Part shown: positions 54,864-62,964 of the stretch, in pieces
Layout: each line of letters begins with the position of its first letter
How positions within the stretch are numbered: the stretch's first letter is position 1
Assembly: GCA_963727975.1 (NCBI GenBank)
Contig: CAVSIN010000018.1
Location: forward strand, 11,084-75,083
Direction: 5' to 3'
DNA: 64,000 bases
Source: an uncultured delta proteobacterium
GTDB taxonomy: Bacteria; Desulfobacterota; Syntrophobacteria; Syntrophobacterales; Syntrophobacteraceae
The notes under the pieces: generated by a model
What the model was told of the DNA's origin: nothing
Database searches by the model: none
Seen by the model: only the letters and a program-made list of their open reading frames with translations
Position numbers and translations under genes: made by a program

Positions 54864-56064
54864 TTAGCCCAAAACGAGCTTGATGTCATCCTGGCTTCTG
54901 GCGTATCCGATACCGAGTTTCACCGCCTGGGCGATCTGCTTCTGATTCCAGGCGTACATGCCGATCTTGTTGGCCGCCTCGCTCGGGTACCACTCCTGAA
55001 GGACCCTGATGCCCGTGACATCATTGGCCACCTGGTCACCGGAGACAATGATCACACCGGGTTTGACCTGCTCGCCGTGGGAAGGACCGCCGGTGACGAG
55101 GGACCTTCTTCCGTCCATGATGATCAGGTCCGGCCGGAAAGGCAGGTTGATTTCCGCAGCCTGCTCGGCAACGAAGATATGGTTGAAGCTATGAAGATGC
55201 GCGTATCGGTCGGCACGATGCAAAAGCCCGACGGACAGCTTCAGGCTCTGGGTAATTCCCCCGAGGAAATGGGTCTTCATCACCGGGGTATAAATGACCT
55301 TGTCGTAATTTCTGAGGTCCGCCGGATAGGCCACGGTCCCATCCCCGCCGCCGATCTTACCCAGGTATTCGGCCTTGGCGTTGCGGATGTTCATCCATTT
55401 TTCTTTTTCCCAGGTCTTGATAGGGGTGCCGGTTTCTTTGCATGCCACATCGTAGGCCCAGCGCTTTGCATTACCCGCTCTGTCGGCCCCCAGGGTCCGC
55501 AGGTATCGGCTACGGTAATGTTGTTGTAGCCCTGGTCTTTCAGGACGATAATCAGAGCTTTCAGAAATGCGTGGTCCGTCCCACCCTGCGGCCAGGGATC
55601 CCCGGTGTTCATATTGGGCTTGATGAGAATTTTATCTGTTTTTTTGAGGGATTTTTCAAACCCTCCAACGAGCTTAACAGCCTTCTTGATATCTCCCGGC
55701 AGGTCTTGATCCAGTTTGGTCGCCATGATCATCCCGACCAGGGATTTCTTCCCCGTCGGCGTAATGGTTTGGATGGAGATGGGACCACTCGACCGGGGCG
55801 CCTCCATTAATCAAATTTTCAGGTTTTTTCTCGACATAATCCTCGGGTATGGGAGCGTTTTTGATAAATTCCCCATACTGCATGCAACTGAGCGTCCCTC
55901 ATCCTCCAGATGCCTGACTGGACCGGCTCATCCAGGTCCGGAACCGCCAAGGCCCCTGCATGGGCACGCTCCACGCCCCTCAGTCCCAGGGCTGCGACGC
56001 CTGCCCCGCAATACTTGACCACATTCTCGAAAAACGTTCTTCGGGTAACCCCCTTAGAGCTCAT
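54864..56064 (-). pseudogene. Tat-signal DUF362 domain protein; at least 3 frameshifts
   Basis: Tat signal SKGVTRRTFFENVVKYCGAGVAALGL. DUF362-type blocks ILIKPNMNTGDPWPQGGTDHAFLKALI, KTHFLGGITQSLK and DLIIMDGRRSLVTGGP. Confidence 0.7.
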
Positions 56065-56841
56065 CTTCCTTCCTCCTTTCTGAAAGTTACAGGTCAATAA
56101 CGCCTTCCTTTTCCGAAATGAGATTCTTATTTACCTCCGCTTGAAGGGGTGTGCATAATTCTTATTGTCAGAATGAAATTCGTCTTGGATTCATATTGAA
56201 GCAAATCTCATTCCACTAATCGCGAAGTTGGTTTTTCTAAATAGTTCGAATACTTAAGGTAGAGGATCAAAATGACACGGCACCCTAGTGAATGATACAG
56301 GTTACACTGAGTTGTAACTGAAAAGATTCACCTCTGCGTTCACACGCCGGATTCTCTGCAGGCGGCAAACTGTTCTCCGCTTTACGTCCGCTTGAAGGAG
56401 CGCGCAGTAGATTTCATTTGCGCGAATGAAATGTTTTAAGCCGTTCAAAAAGGGTGCAGGAAATAGGCCAATTCCCAAGTTGATGCTCTTGGTCGCGCAA
56501 ACGCTGTCCAGGTTGGGTGTTCCGCGAAAACAAAGAAAGCAATCGTGTGTCAAGTCTCACCTTATGACACACGACGATTCACAATGACACACTGTGAGAC
56601 GCGCAAGCCTGAGAGTCCAGCTTGGATAGCCGGAAAAACAGGATAAGTTACAGAATTGATGGCCTGGTCTCCATCCGGAAACCTCGGATAAGAGACTGGC
56701 AGTTTCCGGGCCGGAAAGGAGGCATTTTTCGTCTTGGCTAGGAAATCAAGGGGTTACGCGGAGGCGTACATAGGTACGCCGCACAAGAAACCCCGAAGAT
56801 TGACGCCGCCAGGGCGGAAAAGGACCCTTTCCGGATGGAAA

Positions 56842-58244
56842 CTAGTAATACTAAGTTAAGTACTCAGGACGAATCAAATAATGCCGGGAACCGCGTACAA
56901 CACCAGGGACAGAACCCGGCAAGCCTAATCAGTGCCCTTTGTAGTGACCTCCTCATTTGGGGCAAGGTCACACCAGAAGTTTTTTTTAAAGCGGGCTTGC
57001 TCAGCCTGCAAAAACGCATAAGCAATGGTCACAAGAGTTACATGATGATGCCACCCAAGCCAATGCCGACCTTCATAATGATCAAGCCCAAGCTCCTCTT
57101 TCATTTCCCGGTAGTCGAGTTCGATACGCCATCGCGCTTTCGCAATTCGTACGACATCGAGAATATCCATACTTTTGGTCCCGAACCAAGCCAGCCAGTA
57201 TTTGGTCGGGGTCTTCTTTCCCTCGGGCCATTCTATCAAGAGCAGTTCGGGAACTCTTTCTCCATGCCCAGGCTTGTCCCACCCATGCGCAGCCCATACC
57301 CGCACCAGCGCAAACCGCGATTTTCGAGGCCCCTTGGCGCCATCTCTCCATTCTATCTGATGCCAAAAATCCTCAGGCAACTCCACTGCCACGGAAGTCA
57401 GATCTTTGGGTTTAGGCAGCGTTGCCAAAGGAGGATATTTTCTGGGCCGTCCAATCCTTTGAGGCGGCGGCGCGATAGCATTGGGATTTTGCCGCCACAC
57501 AACTGTGGCGGGCTCTACCTGCACGGCATAAGAAAGGCTGTGACCGCGCAATTGCTGCCTAAAATGAAAATCATCACCATAATGGGAATCTGCAACCACG
57601 GGCCGCGCAGGCAACTCCCAATCGGCCGCTTGGTCTATAAGTTCCATGGCCAGTTCAGATTTTGTCCTGAATGTAGTTTCGGGCGGAATTTTGGATTTGG
57701 CCGCCCTATCAGGGTCTTCAAACCATCTTTTCGGAATATACAATTTCCAACCGATAGGGCAGCTGAATTGATCGCTGCTCCAGTGAAGGGTTACAGCAAC
57801 TTGGCAATTGGCGACCTTACCCAAAGTCCCGCAATACTGCCGAGCTACACCCACGGAGTGTTTGCCCGCTTTAGGGAAAGAAGTTTCGTCAACAATCCAG
57901 ACTTCGGCATTGGAGAAAAGATCAACGATTTTCCTAGCCAAGCGGCGCTGGATATCATGGACCGCCCAGGGACTTTGTCCAACAAACTGACGCAAAGCTT
58001 GGACATCGGCGCCAGGGATTCGCTCCGCAATCGGTCCGATAGATTTTCGGTCTCCATCCAGCAGCAGCCCTTGCAAGTATACGCGCGCCCAATGCCGCCG
58101 CTCACTCCGGCCCATAGGTTCAAGAAGCTCCCGGAGGAACAGGCTCAGCCTTCGGTCCAAAGATTTTAGTTGTTGTTTTTTCATGAGTCTACTGTGGACC
58201 CATGAAAATGAAATGTCAATACAAACTTAACTTAGTATTACTAG
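56842..58244 (-). mobile_element. IS701-family insertion sequence, apparently intact (1403 bp)
   Basis: Perfect 20-bp terminal inverted repeats CTAGTAATACTAAGTTAAGT (56842-56861; reverse complement 58225-58244). The outer CTAG could instead be a 4-bp target duplication. Confidence 0.85.
56925..58184 (-). CDS. IS701-family (IS4 superfamily) DDE transposase
   Basis: Intact 419-aa ORF with WIVDETSFPKAGKHSVGVARQYCGTLGKVANCQV, VVADSHYG and DYREMKEELGLDHYEGRHWLGWHHH. Confidence 0.9.
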   Translation of the reverse strand: MKKQQLKSLDRRLSLFLRELLEPMGRSERRHWARVYLQGLLLDGDRKSIGPIAERIPGADVQALRQFVGQSPWAVHDIQRRLARKIVDLFSNAEVWIVDETSFPKAGKHSVGVARQYCGTLGKVANCQVAVTLHWSSDQFSCPIGWKLYIPKRWFEDPDRAAKSKIPPETTFRTKSELAMELIDQAADWELPARPVVADSHYGDDFHFRQQLRGHSLSYAVQVEPATVVWRQNPNAIAPPPQRIGRPRKYPPLATLPKPKDLTSVAVELPEDFWHQIEWRDGAKGPRKSRFALVRVWAAHGWDKPGHGERVPELLLIEWPEGKKTPTKYWLAWFGTKSMDILDVVRIAKARWRIELDYREMKEELGLDHYEGRHWLGWHHHVTLVTIAYAFLQAEQARFKKNFWCDLAPNEEVTTKGTD

Positions 58245-58278
58245 CCTGCATCGTTAAGTTAACGGCCATTCGCTCCGA

Positions 58279-58428
58279 CCCTCGTATGACAGACCTATAT
58301 ATAACACTAAACATGAATACGTAGCGCCGCAGGCCGCCCCCCCTTAGCGAGGCGCCTCGCGTAGCGCGAAAGGCGACCGCTCCATGGGTCTGTCAGCCTC
58401 ATCGGGCGCTCGCGGGAGGCCTTCTAAA
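58279..58428 (+). repeat. Intergenic repeat family, copy D (head 58279-58330 plus GC-rich tail)
   Basis: CCCTCGTATGACAGACCTATATATAACACTAAACATGAATACGTAGCGCCGC. The tail has the palindrome GAGGCGCCTC and an inverted TGACAGACC (GGTCTGTCA at 58388-58396). Confidence 0.7.
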
Positions 58429-58573
58429 AATCTTGGACACGGGTGACATTATCAGGGTAATTTGTCTACATTGTGAACATTGCAACGGGCTCGCCCTGCC
58501 CCATGCCGTATCGGGTCAAGGGCAAGGCCGTCGAAATCCTTCGGATGTTTCATGGCTGGCGAGGAGAATACCG

Positions 58574-61162
58574 ATGAAACGCTGTGGAAGAGTCTTTGCC
58601 TTCTGTGTTCTCTGCCTTTGCGGTCCTCATCCGGAGCGCCGCAGCCCTGGACCAGCCGGCAAGGCGCGACATGGCGCCCGATCAACCCGGAGATGAAGAG
58701 ACATTGAACCGGGAGCTCTGGGAGTTCGCGAAAAAGAAGCCCTATTCCGAAGCCCTGGAGCACGTCGCTAAAGTGAGACGGCCAGGAACGGAACCGGCTG
58801 CGCAGATCGTGCTCCCCAACGGATGGGCGATCGCTCCTGCGGGCAGGCAGGTCGAAGTGGGCAGGTTTCCCAACGAAATGGTTCTTTACGCGGGCCGTGT
58901 CGTGGTGCTCAATACCGGTTTTTACATGCGCGAGCCGCAGGAAGTATCGGTAGTAGACCCCGACTCCGGGCGATCGTGAGAAGGTGGTGCGCCTCGATTC
59001 CATGTTTCCCAGCGCTTGTCAGGGACCGGGCGGAGACTTGTATATCAGCGGAGGATTCAGCCGGAAGGTCTACCGGCTCAATCCCGAAATTCGACAAAGT
59101 CCGCGAATATCCCGTGGGGGGCTATACAGCCGGGCTGGCGGACCTGGATGCAAACCGCATCGTGATGGCATACCTTGTCTCGGCCGGCGAGCAGCAAGAT
59201 TTCGAGAGCGGAAATTATGGCGAAGGCAAACTTGCGATACTCAATACGGATACCGGAGAGCCGGAAGTCGAGGCAACGGTGGGTTTTTTCCCCCACACGG
59301 TCTGTACCCTGAACGGCAAGATTTACGTTTCTTTGCTCGGTGAAGACAAGGTCAAGGTGTATGACGCCCGGCTTCATTTGCTCGAGGAGCATCCAGGTCG
59401 GACGAACGCCTCAGGGGCTTTGCGCGGACGCCGGACTCCTGTATGTGGTCAACACCGGTTCGGATTCTATTTCCGTAATCGACTGCGCGGCCGATTCCGT
59501 CGTCGCTACTATCGACATCTCGGGTTCGCGGCAATCGTTTCGGTAGCGGCCCCGTCTCCTGCGCCGTCGACGGCAAACGGCTCTTCGTCGCTCAGTCCAA
59601 TGTCAACGCCATCGCCGTGCTCGACAAGAAAAGCGGAAAACACCTCGGCTCCATTCCAACCGGCTGGTATCCCACGAAAGTGCTTTTTTCCAACAGGCGG
59701 CTGCTGGCGCTAAGCGCCAAAGGTATCCGCCCGCGCCGCCCCAATGTGGACGGTCCGCAGCCTTATCCGAAAAAAGGAGGCCCGCAATACGTCCTCACGC
59801 TGCTCAAAGGATCGGTTTCGATTGTCCCGAAGGCGCAGATCGAATCCCGGTTGCCCGCCTGGAGCCGCCTTGTGGAGAAGGGCGCCCCCGTCTTCAGCCC
59901 TTCGAAAGGTTTCAGGCTGCCTATACGCCACGTCTTCTACATCGTCAGGGAAAACCGCACCTATGACCAGGTGTTCGGAGATCTGAAAAGCGGCGATGGC
60001 GATCCCTATTTGACGATCTTCGGAAAGGAGATCACCCCCAACGCACACCGCCTGGCTGAGGAGTTCGTGGTGCTCGACAACTACTTCGCCAACGGGGAAA
60101 TCAGCGCTCTCGGCCACAGTTTCACCACGAGCGGATATGCCGGCCCTTTTCTGGAGTGGCTCGCCAACGCGGTATACGCCAAGCGCTACAGCGGTTATCC
60201 CTTCGGCACGGTCCCGGCGGCGACTTCTCCAGCCTATCTGTGGGATGCACTGGACGAGGAGGGCGTCGATTATCGCATCTACGGTGAGAACTACTTCCTC
60301 TATACGCGCGCATACAGAATCATAACGGATGCTTACGGACAGGAGAGCGAACTCGCGAAAAAGTTTTATGCGCGTCTCATGACGCTCGCCTCAACGGTGG
60401 ATCGAGGGGCTGAATTCTTCGAACTGGCCAAATCCTCCGTCGGCCGGACCGACACGATCGAGGATGCGCGCCGCCTTCTTGAAGACCCCGTATTCGCTTC
60501 GAACCTCTCCAGGTTCCTTTGCGGCGATGAGAGCCTCTCCACCGCCATGGCGGCCAATCCCGCCCTTCGCCGGCAATTTGCCGAGTATCTCTATCGCTAC
60601 CCGTTTGGCTACCGTTCGTGGGACCTGAACTACTCCGATATCGACCGCGCCCGTGTATGGAAAACCGATTTTGAAAAACAGTTGGCACTCGGCAGGGTTG
60701 CCCGATTTCACTATATCTGGCTGCCAAACGACCATACCGCCGGGGTGGATGAAAAATCATCAGACGCCGGACCAACTCGTGGCTCAAAACGATGCCGCCC
60801 TGGGACTCATCGTTGAAACGATTTCACGGAGCGCAGTCTGGAAGGAAAGCATTATTTTCGTGACCGAGGACGATGCGCAGAACGGACCGGACCACGTTGA
60901 CGCCACACGCACGGTAGCCCTTGCAATCGGACCCTACGTCAAGAGGGGCGCATTGGTCCATGACCGCTACGACCAGTTGAGCATGCTGCGCACCATCGAA
61001 GTTCTATTCGGCCTGCCCGCGCTCAATATGAACGATGCGCTGGCAGTGCCGATGTTCGGGATCTTTACGGGAAAGCCCGATAACCGGGAATACGCTCCGG
61101 CCCCCGTATCAGATCGTCTTTCGGATACGGACCGCAAGCTTTACGAGGAGTTTCCGAGGTAA
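58574..61162 (+). pseudogene. Secreted fusion of a YncE/YVTN-type beta-propeller and a phosphoesterase (PLC/AcpA, alkaline-phosphatase superfamily) domain; at least 6 frameshifts
   Basis: GAGGAG RBS and signal MKRCGRVFAFCVLCLC. Propeller blades: LYVVNTGSDSISVIDCAADSVVATI, RLFVAQSNVNAIAVLDKKSGKHLGSIPTGWYP. Phosphoesterase: HVFYIVRENRTYDQVFGDL, NYFANGEISALGHSFT, IFVTEDDAQNGPDHVDATRT. Confidence 0.75.
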
Positions 61163-61241
61163 ATACAGGAGTGAAGTATGTGTTGACTTTTCGAGTTGAA
61201 CAGGTCATCATGACTACATTCCATTAGCCAGGGAGGTGACA

Positions 61242-61511
61242 ATGACCCGGAAAACCATAAGCGTGGCGGAAGCAAAGAAGCATCTGTCCGAGCTTCTCGG
61301 ACGCGTGGCCTATGGGGGGAGCAGATCGTGATCACAAAGCGAGGAAAACCGTTGGCCAGGCTGGCGCCGGTCGCCGAAGAGCCCAAACATCTTGCAGAGG
61401 CAAAGGGATGGCTGGACGACGAAGATGATTTCTTCGCGATGATTGACAATATCGTTGAGGGTCGCGACAAGCATATTCCGAAAGTGCTTAAGGGGCAGGC
61501 TGGTGCAATGA
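61242..61511 (+). pseudogene. Phd/YefM-type antitoxin of the VapBC pair; two compensating frame changes as assembled
   Basis: MTRKTISVAEAKKHLSELLGRVAYGG / EQIVITKRGKPLARLAPV. The ATG frame and the TGA at 61509-61511 are the same frame, and the TGA overlaps the vapC ATG (ATGA). The G6 run at 61314-61319 needs G7 to restore YGGEQIV. Confidence 0.7.
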
Positions 61512-61921
61512 GGTATTTTCTGGATACCAACATACTGAGCGAATTGTTGAAGAAGCGGCCAAATCCTCACCTGATTGTGCGTCTGCGCTCAAAACGGCCT
61601 GAGTCATTATTCACGTCGTGCATTTGTGTTATGGAACTTCGTTTCGGCGCTGCCTTACGCAGTGACGCTGAAATCTTTTGGGAGAAAATAACTGAAGAAA
61701 TACTTTCGAGGGTGACCATTTTGCCGATAGGTTCTCGCGAAGCGGCAGCCGCGGGAGACCTTCTTGCCTCCTTTCAAGAGGCCGGTCAGATCATCGGGAT
61801 GGAAGATATTCTGATTGCATCAACTGCGCTGAGCCAAAAGTGCATCATGGTCACAGCAAATACTCGTCATTTTTCCAGGGTGAAGTCCTTAAGAGTTGAG
61901 AACTGGCTGGAGCCACTCTGA
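61508..61921 (+). CDS. vapC: PIN-domain toxin VapC
   Basis: MRYFLDTNILSELL (acidic D6), VMELRFGA, DILIASTAL and TANTRHF, about 137 aa. Confidence 0.8.
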   Translation: MRYFLDTNILSELLKKRPNPHLIVRLRSKRPESLFTSCICVMELRFGAALRSDAEIFWEKITEEILSRVTILPIGSREAAAAGDLLASFQEAGQIIGMEDILIASTALSQKCIMVTANTRHFSRVKSLRVENWLEPL

Positions 61922-61969
61922 GTATGTTGATTGAGCGCTAAAGCCAGCAAAAGGAAGAAGGAGAGTTTT

Positions 61970-62533
61970 ATGATTTTCAGCAAAGCTTTCGTCGTGCTTT
62001 TTGCGCTATTTTTTCTGGCTGCGCCGGCATTTGCCGTCGAGATCGAAGGGGTGAAATTCCCTGATAAGGTGGAGGCCGGTGGGCAGGACCTTACCTTCAA
62101 CGGCGGGGGCGAGCGTACCGAATTCGGTTTTCAAGTGTACGTTGCAGCCCTGTATCTTAAACAGAAAAGCGCTGATGCGGCTGGAATCGTTGCCGCCGAC
62201 GAACCTATGAACGTCAGGCTTCAGATCACTTCGTTCATGGTGACCCCGGACAATATGAAAAGCGCTATTATCAAAGGTTTTGAGAAATCCACAAATGGCG
62301 ACACAGCTCGCCTCAAAGCAAGGATTGACGCCTTTGTCGACACATTCAAGAAGCTTCGCGACCGCGATGTCTATAACTTAACCTATGTCCCTGGCAAGGG
62401 CGTCGAGGTATCAGGGAATGGCGCAACCTTATCGGTTATCGAAGGCCTGGATTTCAAAAAGGCGCTCTATGGAATATGGCTTGGAGACAAGCCTGTTCAG
62501 AAAGATCTGAAAGTCAGGATGCTCGCAAAATAG
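61970..62533 (+). CDS. Chalcone-isomerase-like (Chalcone_3) periplasmic protein
   Basis: GAAGGAGAG RBS, signal MIFSKAFVVLFALFFLAAPAFA, then VYVAALYL and FKKALYGIWLGDKPV, typical of the family. Confidence 0.7.
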   Translation: MIFSKAFVVLFALFFLAAPAFAVEIEGVKFPDKVEAGGQDLTFNGGGERTEFGFQVYVAALYLKQKSADAAGIVAADEPMNVRLQITSFMVTPDNMKSAIIKGFEKSTNGDTARLKARIDAFVDTFKKLRDRDVYNLTYVPGKGVEVSGNGATLSVIEGLDFKKALYGIWLGDKPVQKDLKVRMLAK

Positions 62534-62738
62534 CAGCACGCATTTGAGATAGAGCTAATATTGGCGATGCTCAAAATCCCCCCTGCCCCAGCAGTGTCCG
62601 GTTAGGTATTTGCATATGCATTATTTTGAAAAAAATTAACGAAATTGGGATCTTCGAATGATTTTTCTCTTGACAATTCAATAAAGCCGCGCGGCGGCGC
62701 CTCTTCGTAAAACCCAATAAATTTAGGAGGTTACGAAG

Positions 62739-62960
62739 ATGCCGCGTTCCTTCTTTCTGAACCAAGAGCCGCCGTCGTTCGATGATCTTTTTAACCCAAT
62801 TGAAAGACTCCAATCCTCTATTCCTCTTTTGGAATCGAGGGGCTACAGGCCATTGCAGATGGAATTCATGCATCAACTCAAAGCCCTCGTTGCCTTCCAC
62901 CTTGAGGAGCATAAATCCGGGCGCGATCTGCTTCAGTTTCTTGAAGAGGACGATTTCTGA
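62739..62960 (+). CDS. Small hypothetical ORF (73 aa) ending at the IS21 left end; possibly truncated by the insertion
   Basis: Strong RBS TAGGAGGT lies 7 nt before the ATG. The ORF stops about 15 nt before the IS21 terminal repeats. Confidence 0.45.
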   Translation: MPRSFFLNQEPPSFDDLFNPIERLQSSIPLLESRGYRPLQMEFMHQLKALVAFHLEEHKSGRDLLQFLEEDDF

Positions 62961-62964
62961 TTTT

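Noticed and set aside
56131-56410. The two copies of TTTACxTCCGCTTGAAGG... considered as a CRISPR-like array.
   Set aside because: There are only two imperfect copies about 250 nt apart, with no regular repeat-spacer periodicity. No CRISPR array was found anywhere in the window.
61328-61921. A single 197-aa antitoxin-toxin fusion protein, as suggested by the ORF track.
   Set aside because: The ATG frame and the ATGA-overlapping TGA indicate two genes separated by indel artefacts.
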